From: Eledone cirrhosa | Taxonomy: Eukaryota | Reading direction: 5' to 3' | NCBI GenBank assembly: GCA_964016885.1 | Contig: OZ024740.1 | Location: 199,268,001-199,332,000 of the forward strand | Length of the DNA stretch: 64,000 nucleotides | In this document: one piece after another, positions 14,905 to 28,708 of the stretch | How positions within the stretch are numbered: the first letter of the stretch is position 1 | Layout: every line of letters begins with the position of its first letter | Made by a program: the position numbers and the translations under genes | The notes under the pieces: generated by a model | Seen by the model: only the letters and a program-made list of their open reading frames with translations | The model's database searches: none | Told to the model about the DNA's origin: nothing

Positions 14905-16857
14905 ACAATGATATTAAATAAATGGAAACTATATTTATAAAACGATATTTATTTTATTATATATATTTCAAGGGTTCCAAGACATCTCAGCCGGATGGCT
15001 GAAACAGGTAAAAGAGTAAAAGAGTATATATATATTAATTATAATTATAATAAAACATTTAACTTAAACTCTAAAACTAACAGAAGAAATAGAACTAAAA
15101 ATATTATTTAGTACTCACCCCCATTCTCATTAAGCGTTAAAACACCTTTAGCAAAGCTATTCTTTAAAGAACTAGATAAATGTTTTCCTAAAGCCCACAG
15201 ATACCACTCAATGTTTAACAGACATACTATAAAACTATCCTACTCTACTACTATGAACATAGCACAAAATATAAATAGAATTAATAATAGAAATCTAAAC
15301 CCAAACCAAAATAACCAAAATAGCAGTAATATCTCTAGCAATATCCAACACAATGGTACCGTTCTGAATAACAACAACTCCGCAAAATGTAATTGTAGAA
15401 TTAAATCAAACTGTCCTTTACAAAATAAGTGCTTAGATAAGGCCGTGCTCTATAAATGTACAGTTAAAACCAGTGATAATATATTTAACTATGTCGGTGC
15501 AACTTCTACATAATTTAAAAGTAGCTGGAATAATCACAAATGGTCTTTCCGAAGATTTGATAAAAAATCTTCAACTTCTCTTTCAAAGCTGATATGGAAC
15601 TTAAAATGCAAGAATATGGACTATTCATTAACTTGGGAAATAGTTTCAAAAGTATCCGCGTACTGAAACACACCTTTATCTAGATTCTGCAAATCGTGTG
15701 TTGAGGAAATTTTGTTCATACTTAAACGTAAGAACTCGATTGATCTAAGAACGAATTTATTTAATTCTTGTAAACATTGCCTGGTTGCAACATTCAGAAC
15801 TATATATAAATTATAATTATACTTATAATATTTCTACTTATTTCCATAACAATCTTATCGACTTGGTTTTAATATATTGATATCTCTAAATCTATAAAAT
15901 TTGCTATAATTCCACTTCTTAAAGTTTCATAAAATATATACATATATAATTCTAATTTTTTTAAATTTCAATTTTAATTGTAATTTTAATCTTATAATTT
16001 TTAATTCTTTATTTTTATTTCTTTAATTTTTATTTCTTTAAAAATTATTTATCTCTTATGAATTATTTAAAAAAAAAATTTCTCAAATTTTTAATATTTT
16101 TTCAATATTTTTAATTAGATTTATAACCACTAATTAGATTTATAACCACTAACTAGCTAAATACATCTTTCAACATTTACACTTATTTTGACTAAATAGT
16201 CTCATACTAACGAATAAATAAATTAAACTGGAGTTTTTCCTTATCTTCCCATTTTAAAATATATAAATATAAATATTCTTAACTCAGTTAATTTAAATTA
16301 ATTTAACTTAATATTTACTTACATTAAATACAAAAACAATATACCACATAACTCATTAAAACAATTATCTATAACATGATATACCCATCTATTTATTTAT
16401 TTATTTATCTACTTATAACAGAAAATATATTATAAACGAATTTTAAACAACTACTAATCGTAAATACACGTACTATTAAGATATATACTTAGAATATATT
16501 TCCCCCAAATTAACGTTATAAGAGTTTTATTCATCCGCTCTTGTTTATTTCTTCTCTCACTCTCCCTCGTACTATTTTTCATCTTTCTCCCCTAATATCT
16601 TTCTCCATAGTCGTTTAAACAAACGGTTGTTTTTTCAATTATTTACATATTCATTTGCATATTCACACAAGTTTGAATAATCCCTAATATATTTCCACTA
16701 TCCAGTGAATTTCCAACCGATAAGGTATGATTTCCATGGGTACGTCTCTATTTATAAAACAAACTTGTATTTTATCTGATGAAAGCGTACCAATGTTGTC
16801 TTGGAACCCTTGAAATATATATAATAAAATAAATATCGTTTTATTTAATATCATTGT
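14905..16857 (+). mobile_element. PLE remnant (probable Naiad type) with 3' HHR and inverted 5' tip
   Basis: FNRHTIKLSYS...CNCRIKSNCPLQNKCL..VLYKC...YVGAT followed by an interrupted GIY-YIG tail (~15030-15810). Bases ~14905-14985 are the inverted copy of ~16795-16857. The clade assignment is inferred from the CxC..CPL..C motif. Confidence 0.8.
16768..16831 (+). ncRNA. Type I hammerhead ribozyme
   Basis: TATTTTAT-CTGATGA-AAG..CCAA..TTGG..CTT-GAAA-TATATA-TA-ATAAAATA; perfect 8-bp stem I. Confidence 0.8.
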
Positions 16858-16878
16858 ATATATATATATATACATACA

Positions 16879-16942
<64 letters not shown>

Positions 16943-16943
16943 C

Positions 16944-16982
<39 letters not shown>

Positions 16983-17536
16983 CATATATAAAGGTAAAGG
17001 AAAGGAGAGTGCTCTATGTAGGCTACAGGTCACTTTAGTTATGTAATAAACAACATAAGACAATTATTTTATTTACCGAAGGTTTAACGAAGACAGACTA
17101 GCTTGACACAGACGTCATATATATGCATGTATGTATCTGTCACAGTCACTCTATCTATCTGTATCTCTTTCTTCAAATACTCACACACATAATCTCACTG
17201 TCTTTCTTTCTCGCTCTAGCAATTTTATAAAATCAAAGAAAAACAACAAACACACAGGCACACACATACACATCAGTGTGTTTACAAAATCAATCTCTCT
17301 CTCTATATATATATATAGTATAGATATATCGGAAGTATTGAAATTTGAATCTTTTAAAAAAAGTGAATCTTGAAATATGCAATACAATTATTCATATTTA
17401 ATTATGTGTTACGAAATTTAGTACATAAATTATGTAATATTCATTCATTATATATTCAAAGTAATCCAACTTATTTTTCTAACATGATTAAAAAATATAT
17501 TCTGGACGTAGTCCTGCATTCCTCTCTTTACTATAG

Positions 17537-17590
<54 letters not shown>

Positions 17591-17640
17591 TAATAAAATA
17601 ACAGGAGGCTGTACTTGTGTAAATCCTTTAAAGGTTTATT

Positions 17641-17695
17641 ATACTATGATCATTTCAATGACCGGGTTCCGTATGAATCCGGTGATATCAGGTAT
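17641..17695 (-). ncRNA. Degenerate type I hammerhead
   Basis: ATAC-CTGATAT-c-ACCGGATTC atacg GAACCCGGT-catt-GAAA-TGATCA-TA-GTAT; the core is mutated. It lies in a TA-flanked element at ~17585-18005. Confidence 0.5.
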
Positions 17696-18019
17696 TCGAA
17701 ATATAATAATGCATGTAACAGATAAAATCCATGGGGCTTAAAATCATAGACCCGAGGATGACCGACCGTCTAGCATCTTCCACTTTAGCCGGTCGCCCTC
17801 AAGTGTTGGCTATTCGGTCTACTTAAGGCTATCTGGTGATAGATTGCCTCCTGTTATTTTATTATAATATTTATCTCCGTACTCGTACCACCAACGAAGA
17901 CGGTTGAGCTGCTTTACGTTGAGTACTCTCCATATTATTACATCACGATTGACCATACGGAATGACCAGCTCTATCCAGTGGTGAACCTTCAAACCTAAA
18001 TCAATATATATATATATAT

Positions 18020-18280
18020 AGAAAAAAAGAAAAAATCGAAAATGCAACTGGAGTCTTATTTTAAAATATATATATATATATTTATTTGGTTTCTTTACCG
18101 GTTTCGCAGTTCTTCTGCTTTTCAAAAGTAGAGTCGAGATGGAGGGTCTGTGGTTTTTCTCATATTTTTAAAATAAGACTCCAGTTGCATTTTCGATTTC
18201 TTCTTTTTTTCTTTAAACTTTCACTCGTGTAGGACACCTCGGTTATTTTTCATTTTGTAAAAAAAAACTCACGTTCTAAT
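18020..18280. repeat. Fold-back fragment of family A pLTR
   Basis: Matches 130-270, then switches to the reverse complement of 59-180. (TA)n on both sides. Confidence 0.85.
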
Positions 18281-18428
18281 ATATATATATATATATATAT
18301 ATTCGGTGTACAAGGATGCAATTCACTTCTAACGCTCAATGACATATTAGTTCCTAAGAACAGGGCTGACGGAGTATATTAATAAAGATGATAATGCGTT
18401 GAAGATGCTAGACTCCTTTATTAATTGA

Positions 18429-18479
18429 GCCGTTATATATATTTCGATGACGATAAATATCGTGATCTCTTCAGACAGC
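18429..18479 (-). ncRNA. Type I hammerhead ribozyme, canonical core
   Basis: GCTGT-CTGAAGA-GAT c ACGATA tt TATCGT c ATC-GAAA-TATATA-TA-ACGGC, inside a TA-flanked ORF-less element at ~18300-19015. Confidence 0.8.
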
Positions 18480-19013
18480 AAAAATTGATTAACATGTACC
18501 ATTTCTGAAACAATTTTAGGTGGAAGGGAGCCTAAAGAAATTGTGTTTTTGCTATGGTTGTCCGCACCCTCCCGGTTTCAGGTAATCCCGAAAGCACTGC
18601 GCAATTGCTGGGTTGTGGGTGGCTGACTAGTTAGCCTACACCCAGAATACTACCAACCTTCTTTGTTCTTTCTTTCTACCAGTCCCCCACCGCCTCGTGC
18701 GACAACTCGATATGGTCAGTGGGCGTCCAAGCCAGCCAAAATTTACTGCTAGCTTTGGTAACCTGTAGAATTTCGGTGCATTTGTACCGGCAATCCGTTT
18801 ATGGCGGAATAATCACCCCAAAGCGAGAAGGTTCCCTTCACTAGACTGTTGTATAGTTGTCTGGACTCCTAACTTTTAACTTTCAAAGTCTTCAATTTCG
18901 AAATTCTTTCCAGTTGTAAAACTGTAAATATTTCTTTGGTAAGTTATATTAACCACAGCAGAAGGGAACTTTCTCAGTTTGGGGAGATTATCCCTAAAAT
19001 GATATCTCATATA

Positions 19014-19086
<73 letters not shown>

Positions 19087-19089
19087 ATC

Positions 19090-20808
19090 CCTGATGAGTC
19101 ACCTGGTCTCGCCGGACGCCTCATCGTGGCGAAGGGGTGCCAACCACTAGTCTCAGTGAGCAAAGGATCGGCAAATACAGGGGGTACGCGTCGGGTTAGC
19201 AACCCGACACTGTTGTAAAAATTCTAACCGCTAAAGAAACAGCAAGAAAAGCCCCCCCCCCCAAAAAAAAAAGAAATGTTCGGCGTAAAGATGAAGGCGT
19301 GGGAAACACTCCACTCTTGACGGATCTCAACCAAAGCCGAAACGACGTGGAGGTTCCGATGAGCCGGATTCTGAGCACCAAAACAAAGATGCGAATTGGA
19401 ATTTGGAACGTGCGTACACTATACCAGGCAGGAAAGCTGGCTCAGCTACTTCGCGAGTTCGACCACTACCAGCTGGACATTTTGGGCCTGAGTGTAATGC
19501 GATGGACCGGCAGCGGAAAGATGAGTGGCAGCGGAGACACAACTCTGCCCTACTCTGGACACGAAGACAAGCACGTTCATGGCGTTGGACTTGTGCTTAG
19601 CGCCCGAGCAACTTGAGCATTGATCGGATAGGCGCCAGTCAGCGAGAGCATCATAACCTCCCGTTTTCAGAGTGGGCATGCGAAAATCACTGTTGTTCAG
19701 GGCTACGCACCGATTGATGACGCAACCGACATCAACAAGGACGCCTTCTACGAACAGCTGCAGGACACATTTAATAACTTGCCCAGCCATGACATCAAAC
19801 TACTGATCAGTGATTTCAACGCTCAGATTGGCTGCAACAGACAGGGACTGGAACAGGTCACTGGGCCATTCGGTTCTGCTGCGGTCACCACGGACAACGG
19901 CGAGAGACTGCACCTATTTTGTGACACCAACAGCTTGTGCATTAGCAGCACCTATTTCAAACACAAGGCGATTCACAAGGCTACTTATTACCTGGCAGTC
20001 TCCAGACCAGAAAAGCCGAAACGAGATCGACGATATCTGCATCAACCAGCGCTGGCGGTCCTCGGTACGTGACGTCAGAGTGTACCCCGAGCTGCAGACG
20101 TCGGCTCAGACCACCACCTACTGTGTGCGGAACTTCAGCTGCGCCCGAAGAAACGGACACGACAGGAAAGACCAAAGCCATATGCAGTGGAGAAGCTGAA
20201 GTATCCCGGTCAAGAGCGACTGTACCAACTGGCGCTACACAACCGATTCCAACAGTTGAGTGAGGCTGCATATCTGGAAGATCAATGGATGATTTTCACG
20301 ACAGCGGTGACTGGGGCAGCACAAGACACTATTGGCCGAAGACGAGGAACGAGGGGGAAAAGTGGTTCCAAGAGCCAACGTAGGACCTCATTGACAGACG
20401 AAGAAAGGCAAAAGTCGAGCGAGATTCTGCCAGATCGGAGGAAGACTAAAAGAAAAGAGATGCCGTATACCGCCAAATCGACCGACTGGTTAAGCGAAGC
20501 TGGCGGCGGGATAAACGTGACTGGCTGGAGAAAAAGGATGCTGAGGCACAGAAAGCTACTGGTCGAAACGATGCAAAAGCACTTTTCTGCATCGTGAGGG
20601 AGTTGACGGGAATGTCGAGCGGTGCCAGCATAATAGTGGCAAGACGTTGACCACTGGAGCGGAACAGGAGCAGAGACGGATGGAGCACTTCCGCGAGACG
20701 CTGAACGAACCAAATCCGATCGCCCTGATAGACATGACCGCAGAGACTCCAACAACCACTGAGGTACTCAAAGTCTTCGAGGACCATATCACCAAGCAAG
20801 ATACGAGT
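19090..20808 (+). mobile_element. RTE-clade LINE, 5' part (APE endonuclease pseudogene)
   Basis: MRIGIWNVRTLYQAGKLAQLLREFDHYQLDILGLS.MRWTGSG; SDFNAQIG; DNGERL; NEID.ICIN..WRSSVRDVRVY; SDHH. Stops and frameshifts are present. The 5' UTR has the RTE-like TCGTGGCGAAGGGG motif. Confidence 0.9.
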
Positions 20809-21434
20809 GTAATATATTGAAAGGATAACAAGGACGATTGGTTACTCCTTCATTACATTTATTGGTAGGTGACGCGCGTTTCGCCATTGATCAGCTCAAG
20901 GTCGATCTGTATCGATCTTACCCGACTCTATAATCGGCAGCTCGACGGACCGTTTAAAATGCTATTAGAAAATGAATACATGCCACATGATAAAGACAGA
21001 AGTTCATATGTTGGTCAATATGGGTTGTTTTGATTAGCGGAATGGATCATAATGATGTTTTCGCCTGTGGTGTATGTGGGGTTGGGTGTGATGATAAGGT
21101 GTTGGGGACGGTCGCTGGCTGGGATGGGCTGTAGTGTGGGGGCGGTGGATTGACTTTCGCCTGTTGTGTATGTGGGGGTGGATGTGATGATGATGGTGAC
21201 GGTCGCTACCTGGGACGGGCTGTCGTGTGGGGGTAGTGGGTTGTCCGTAAACAGGTTGGCGTATATCTGTGGTTGATTATTGTGTGTGGTGTGTGTGGGG
21301 GGGATGTTGTTGTTTATGGCAGTGGTGCTTATGGTGGTGTGGTGGATGTGTTCGTGGTGTCAAATCATTGGGGAGATATATATCTAGACACTCTTAGTCT
21401 AACAGAAACATTGTATACATATACATGCGTATAT

Positions 21435-21710
21435 ATGGTGGCTGCCAACTCGTTTTTGAGTACGGCCACTACTTTATATCCATGTAGGAGAACCCCTACC
21501 GATGCGCTGAACGAGTGTGACTTTTTAGTCCAGCCAGCGACTTGAAAACTCTGGTACAAACACTACACTTGTGACAATCATTGACACATAGTGCTGAGCC
21601 CATGGTACCATGTGACGACAAGTGCAGAGAGATCTCCAGATATAAAGCAATGCCTGTGCCGTGAAGCTTTTATAGTGAGCAAAGGCACTGCACAAAGCCA
21701 GTCACATGCG
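21435..21710 (-). mobile_element. Degenerate bipartite RTE-derived SINE-like element
   Basis: Shares GCAATGCCTGTGC.GTGAAG...AGTGAG...ACTG..CAC..AGCCA and the terminal GG(C/G)TGCC..CTCGTT motif with 26010-26325. Confidence 0.45.
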
Positions 21711-22087
21711 TATATATACTGACATATATACACACATGCACCCATATACACACACATACATACGTACACGTACCCTCACACATACATATATACATAGATA
21801 CACATACATACACATATAGATACACATATATACATACACATACAGACACATGTATATATAGACATACACACATATACATACATATATATATATATACACA
21901 CACATGCATACACCTATATATATATATATATATATATACGCACACACGATGTGTACACATACATAGACACACGTACATACATATATATACACACAAGTAT
22001 ATCATTTTTTATCATACATATTCGGATTTTAGTCTTCACATTTATTATCATTACTACTATCCACACACGCACACACACACACACACT

Positions 22088-22121
<34 letters not shown>

Positions 22122-22481
22122 CATATACACAATATACACACATACATACATACACACATACACACCCATATTACACGCAACAAATACACGCCAAGACAAA
22201 ATCACGTTTATTGTATAAATGGAGTCATTCGACTAATATTCTATTTACATTTATCCATATCGAGCCCTCTTTGGATTTTACTCTTCACACATTTATTATT
22301 ATTACTATATATTATTACTATTGTCCCTCTCATTTTTTCAATGATGTTATCCTTTCAATAATGTCAGTTTGACGAATCATAAAAGAAATACAGATCCTTA
22401 AATATATTTTCCGTGGTATTTCCAACTTCACCTTTCCTCCATATCCATTGTTTTGCATAAAATTCTTACTTTTTTTTTCTA

Positions 22482-22521
<40 letters not shown>

Positions 22522-22527
<6 letters not shown>

Positions 22528-22720
22528 ATGCTTTTGGAGGGTCATGTTGCCAATAAGAAACACACGCACGCACCAGATGCTTTCACTTCAATTTATTATA
22601 AATTGAAGTGAAAGCATGGTGCGAGTGTTTCTTATTGGCAAAATGACCCTCCCAAAGCATAACAATATCGGTTTCAACACACGTTTTCAGATAAAAAATC
22701 TTGCTAAACAAATTCAGAAA

Positions 22721-22726
<6 letters not shown>
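22522..22726. repeat. Fold-back repeat in (TA)n
   Basis: Arms ~22522-22592 and ~22598-22666. The tail 22661-22726 recurs at 28708-28773. Shares TTGTTAT..TTGG.GAGGGTCAT with the 28860-29880 element. Confidence 0.8.
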
Positions 22727-22783
<57 letters not shown>

Positions 22784-24559
22784 TAGGCCTGGCAACTACC
22801 TTCATCACACATTCATCCCCGCACATATACACACATACCTAGCTCTAGTCTCTAAATACCTTGCTACGGCACCTTTTAATCTTTATCCCTTGACGACTCG
22901 TCGACCCACTCACTCTCCGACCTCAATTTGAAACTATGTTGAATTTAGCCGACATAAGTTGCAGGGGACCACGTTGTTAGGATGTTTGCTTGGTATTCTC
23001 TGATCTTTGAAGACACAGTGGGCTATATCAGTAACTAGTCACTATAGGTAGATTATATGTGGATCAGAAATACCTAAAAACTGTAGGAAGCCCTCTATGA
23101 AATTGTAACATACTCCGCCAATGGGTTCTTGTCGATAGTTACTGTCCATCGATCCATGACCCGATGGTATCTCTGGAGTATCGTTGAGGCATATGGTGTG
23201 TTTTGGGCATTAATACCTGGTTGAGCGGAAACATCTTACAGTGTGAATACAGTCAATTTGTTCCAGAAAATGAGAGATAAATAGAATCTGAGTAACATAG
23301 ATAACGGCAGAACCAACCACAGTAATTTATGTATTGACCACGAAAAGACAAAATACATTTGAAATGCATTTGAATTCGCTGAGAATCGGAACAATTATCG
23401 CAAAGCATTATATCCGACGTTCTAATATCTCTGCCAATTAAACGCCTTATTGTAACAGCCGTAATGTATTCGATGATAGTTTGACTTGATTAAAATTGAT
23501 AGGCTTATGAATATCGCCAACTGTAAACTGCCACCAATCGCAATAATAATACCTACCACCAGCAAATTAGCAACTATGAACAAATCATCATCTAATTCGA
23601 CTAGACTACTGAATCCAAATCAAAGGTTGTTTACGCAATTTAAAAATGATATTAAGCCCGGTATAAACTATCAAGTGCTTAGGCAGATTAATTAGAACGT
23701 CTCAAAATATACCTCAGTATATATTACGGTTATCTGCATTTTGATTTCTCATCAAACGGGGGCAGCATTTGCCTTTTACACTCTCACGCTCGATAAATAA
23801 ACGTTAAGGGATAGCGGATTGGTAGAATTTTTAAATGCGTTGGTTTGGATGATTTGTAGTATCAGTTGTCTGTGTGAGTTCTGCATTCACGTCTCGTCTC
23901 CTGTCACCAAATAAACCGATGACGCTTCTACTAGGAGATGTCTTCGAGAAATAGTATCTGCATGTATCATGCCGAATGAAATTATAGTTTCCTTTGTCAA
24001 TCGTCTTCATTCCTTCCTTTTCTTTTAATAACCCCCGATGAAACTTTATATCTTGAACATATTCTAATTCTTAAAATCTCTAAGCAGATATCAATATTTT
24101 CAAACATTTAGATTATATGATAAGTGGAAAAGTGTTGAAAGATACAATCTTAATCTTATATTTCTTGAATTATTATTAGATTCTTCTGAAAATCAATGTA
24201 CTATTCAAGGAGAACTCTAAGTGCTCTACATTTAAATACTCATGAATTCACAAATTTAGTGAATCAATCTTTAAGGAAACGATGCTGTAAGGAAACATTT
24301 AAATTGTAAATATATCTGTTATTACTTCATCTCCACGCACCCGCATTATATCAATAGCAATATTATTAATTTCAAGAATAATTAAATATTCATTTCCTAA
24401 TTCAAACAATTGAGGTAAGACTGGTTTATGTTACGTAGAAGTTGTATTGACTCTATCGTAATGTAGTGATGGGATGGATTTATACATATCTAAAGACAGA
24501 GATTCATACATACATACATACATACATACATACATACATACATACATACATACATACAT

Positions 24560-25480
24560 CCGAGCAGTTCATGTTAGAACTCGAAAAATACTAAACAACA
24601 CCGGAAACTTCCACATCAACAGTGACATAGACCGCCTTTACTTGAAACGTAAGCAGGGAGGCAGAGGCCTAACATCAGTCCAGACAGCATTTGAATGTCG
24701 CATCATATCTCTCCGACAACATATACGAGCCTCGAAGCGTAGGAGCCCGTCTCTTGAGCAAGTCTATCTGCATGAAACAGATAAGATCATGAGAGTTGGG
24801 AAGGAATTCCTCGAGAGATATTCCCTGTGTGATAATCAAAAACTCACACCCAGGGGAGTAGCTCAGCAGTATCGCAGTGAATCCATGGATGAAAAACTGC
24901 ATGCTTATCAGCAAAAAATCATTCATCATCAGCTGCGCAAAGATGTCATTGCGGTGCTATCTACCTATGAGGCATGATGTAGTGGCTAAAACACTGTACG
25001 ATGCAATCCGTGGAAAAGATAGTCCCGATAATAAACACATTAAAAGCTACAACAATGTGGAAGACATCCGTATACATAATATGAAAGAGTAATGGTGGAA
25101 TGTTCCATTAAAAATCCCAATAAAATGCAGGCTTAACAGACCAGATATTATGATATGGGACAGGGAAAAGAAAGCATTCACAGTAGTGGAAGTTAGCTGC
25201 CCAGCAGATGCCAATATAATATCAAAGATTAGCGAAAAGGAGAATATTTATGCAGAACTGATTAGAAATCTGCAGATACTCCACCCTGATTGCAACTTCA
25301 GACTTATGCCTGTGATTATTGGGGCAGTGGGGTATGTTAGTAACTGCCTCAATACAAATCTTGAGAAGCTAGGCTTCACAGGAACAGAGAGAACACAACT
25401 AGTTAGGAAATTACAAGTACATTCAGTAAAAATATGGGACAGTAAAAATATGTAAAACATTCCAAACATTAAGCATCTAA
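24560..25480 (+). mobile_element. R4/Dong-like RLE non-LTR retrotransposon, 3' fragment
   Basis: RTRKIL...FHINSDIDRLYLKRKQGGRGL; RHDVVAK; NRPDIMIWDREKKAFTVVEVSCPAD; PVIIGAVG. It begins directly after (CATA)n. Confidence 0.85.
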
Positions 25481-25637
25481 TAACTGATACAAAGCATGTA
25501 CACATACAACTCAAAACATCCACATCCACACATACAATAACATCCATATCTACACATGCATGCATGCAGTTATGCACACATAACGACTCTCTCTCTCTAT
25601 TGGTAAACATTTGTGAAATTATAAAACCAGATCATAT

Positions 25638-25947
25638 AATTCTTATTTCTACGTTGTCTATGTTACCGTCGTGTTGTTGTCTAGCATGTTTGTATAGTAC
25701 TGAACCCTTTTTTCGTCCTTTTAGTTCCCCCCAGTGTTGGTCTATCCTTTCACCTATGCTACGAGCGAGCTATCTCGCCTATGTATGTTGTTGTCATGTT
25801 TCTGCAAGTACCCTCTGTACATCTTATGTTATAGACTACGTTTCTAGTTTTACAGTTTATCCGGGGGTTTACCTTACATATGATACATTTCCTAGTGAGT
25901 GTGTTCTGTTATTAATTCTGGCAATATTACACAAATATGACCCTCCA
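25638..25947. repeat. Dispersed repeat; inverted copy at ~28918-29220
   Basis: Near-identical reverse-complement match over ~300 bp, also visible as matching spurious ORF peptides. Confidence 0.85.
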
Positions 25948-25951
25948 CATA

Positions 25952-26009
<58 letters not shown>

Positions 26010-26325
26010 TGATGGGTGCCCCCTCGTTATCGAATATGGCCATTGCACGATATACCATTATTAATAATTATTAATTAATTCTATCGTGCAATGCCTGTGC
26101 GTGAAGATAATTTTTTTAAGTGAGGATAGACTGTGCACTGAGCCAATCCTACTCTCTGAGCGACAGTAGCTATAATTCGAAAAGAAGAAAAGATCAACAT
26201 CATCGGTAACTACCGAGCCGCAGGTTTTATATCGAAGTTATTCCAGTTTCCTGAGTTGCCTTCTCCTAGAAGAATGTTCTGACACAGGCTAGGGGTCCTT
26301 CACTCCCATTTGAAACCGCGCGGTA
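26010..26325 (-). mobile_element. Bipartite non-autonomous RTE derivative (5' UTR joined to 3' end)
   Basis: The minus strand has the RTE 5'-UTR-like CTAGGAGAAGGCAACTC...AAAACCT motif and ends TCGTGCAATGGCCATATTCGATAACGAGGGGGCACCCATC, matching the RTE 3' end at 28564-28603. Confidence 0.55.
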
Positions 26326-26489
26326 CATTGTATATACATACTTACACACATTTGGATTGCCGTTGACTCTTATGATTTCTTCCGCCCTTTGTATGTTTGT
26401 ATGCATGCATGTATGTATGTATATACCATTATTAATAATTATTAATTAATTCTATCGTGCAATGCCTGTGCGTGAAGATCATTTTTTTG

Positions 26490-27275
26490 CCAGGATGAAG
26501 GATTCTAGAATACCAAAACAACTATTTTATGGAGAGTTGGTTAAAGGAACGACCGCCACATAAACTAAAAAAGAGGTATAAGGATTCCTTGAAAGCCTCT
26601 CTGAAGGACGCTAACATCTCTGCTGATACATGGGAGAATATTGTTGCTGATCGTAATAAATGGAGAAAGACTGTATATGAGGGAAAAGTTGCCTTTCAGG
26701 CATCTCGAATCGCATACGAGAAAGTAAAGCGGGATGTGAGGAAGGGCATTGCTTTTGCACTTCCAGACGGCGACGGTCCTCCTATGGTGCTGACATGCAG
26801 CGTCTGTGCGAGACTTTGCCTAAGCAAAGCTGGACTCAAAAGTCATCTTCGCAGTCATAAAGTAAGACAAGTGGTTGATTACCAGGCTGCTGTTGGAGAT
26901 GCTACTCATCATGCTTGCCAAACATGTGGTAGAGAATGTAAATCAGCAGGATGCTCAAGCGACATGCAAAAGTACACGAACTACAACCACAGCCGACTAT
27001 TCCCAGTGAATGTTTTGGTTGCCGACTCTGTGCAAGACATTGTAGATCATTGGCTGGGTTAAAAAGCCACATTCGATCGCAGCACTGTTAGTTGCTATCG
27101 TGTGTGTGTGTGTAGATATGCTTATGTGTGTGCATGTGTGTGTATATATATATGTATATGTATATTATTATTGTTGTTGTCGTTATTATTATTGCTGTTA
27201 TGATTATTATTATTATTATTATTGTTATTAATGTATGTGTGTGTGTATATATGTGTGTGTGTGTATATGTGTATG

Positions 27276-27312
<37 letters not shown>

Positions 27313-27361
27313 CTTTTTTTAATTTTATTTTATTTTATTTTTTATTTTATTTTTATTTATT

Positions 27362-27394
<33 letters not shown>

Positions 27395-28487
27395 GTTGTT
27401 ATTGTTATTCCTTGAATCTCAGTCATTGATGTTGGTTAACTGGAAAGTCCGTTGGATTGAATATCAAGCCACTACCTGCAGCCTCAGATATTCAGGACGT
27501 ATCGGAGGGTTCTTGCCGTTCAAAGCAAGCATGCCTTTTGAAGCGTTCCAAAAAGCGTGAAGGGGCCGATTTTCTTTAACCATCCCTGGAAACCTTTGGA
27601 GATAGTCCCCAGTGCGCCTATGACAATCGGGATCACTTTGACTTCATGGCAGTTCCAAATCCTTTTCACCTCCCACTTTAGGTCCTGGTATCGGTTAATT
27701 TTCTCCCTCTCCTTCTCTTGCACTCTCGTGTCGAACGGGCAGGCCACATCCACAATCAGGCACGATCTTTTTTCTTTGTCCACAACCACCAGGTCAGGTC
27801 TATTGTGTTCCAGTTTTTTCTCCGTCTGTATCCTAAAATCCCACAGCACCTTCACCTGACTTTTCTCCATCACCGCCTCTGGCCTATGCTCATACCATTT
27901 CTCAGAATGTGGTAGATTGTTTACTTTGCACAGGTGCCAGTGGATCACCCTGCCCATCACATCGTGTCTCCAGCCCTTATAGTGGGTCTGGGCTAGGTGT
28001 TTACACTCGGACACAATGTGAGCCACAGTCTCCTCTCTCTCTCCACAGATCCTGCACAGTGGGCTAGCCTCCTCCTTGTAGATATGGTGCTTCAACCACT
28101 TCGTTTTGAGGGCCTGCTCCTGCGCAGCCATTAGCATTCCTTCTGTAGCCTTTTTGAGGTCTCCTCTTCTCAACCAGTTCCATGTCTGTGGATCTCTAAA
28201 TTCAGTTTTCTCAAAGAAGGTACTATGAAGGGATTTTCCCTTAAGGCTGCTCTTCCTCCTTGATGTTATTTCCTCCTTGGGTATCCCCTGGCCTACTGTC
28301 CCCTCCTTCAGTACAGCTCTGAGCATTGGCTCCTTACTATAGGTCACGTATTTGTATAGGTTGTTTTTCTCCATCTGAACACAGTCCTCTATGCTGATAA
28401 GACCTCTTCCACCCTCAGATCTCCTTAGGTAGAGTCTATCGACATCACTCCTCTTGTGGAACATGTTGTAGATAGTCAATAGCTTCC

Positions 28488-28542
<55 letters not shown>

Positions 28543-28605
28543 TTTTTTTTTTTTTTTTTCTCCTCGTGCAATGGCCATATTCGATAACGAGGAGGCAGCC
28601 ATCAT
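26490..28605 (+). mobile_element. RTE-clade LINE 3' fragment with C2H2 zinc fingers, interrupted by a Dong-like insertion
   Basis: RMKDSRIPKQLFYGEL; KRYKDSLKASLK...WENIVADRNKWR; CSVCARLCLSKAGLKSHLRSH. The putative 3' terminus is at 28564-28605. Confidence 0.75.
27408..28487 (-). mobile_element. R4/Dong-like RLE retrotransposon 3' fragment in (TAA)n
   Basis: Open frame FHKRSDVDRLYLRRSEGGRGL...CRICGEREETVAHIVSEC...RHD...NRPDLVVVDK..CLIVDVACP...PIVIGALG. (TTA)n on both flanks. Confidence 0.92.
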
Positions 28606-28669
28606 GTATGTATATACATATATACATACACACATACATACATATATATGCATACATACAAACATACAA

Positions 28670-28708
<39 letters not shown>

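Noticed and set aside
15661-15669. In-frame TGA in a Naiad-like GIY-YIG region as possible selenocysteine
   Set aside because: The sister copy at ~51891 has CGA (Arg), consistent with CpG decay. Other stops are TAA/TAG and no SECIS was recognised.
19090-19180. CTGATGAG at the RTE 5' end as a hammerhead or HDV-like ribozyme
   Set aside because: No matching GAAA or stem I, and no HDV pseudoknot could be drawn by eye.
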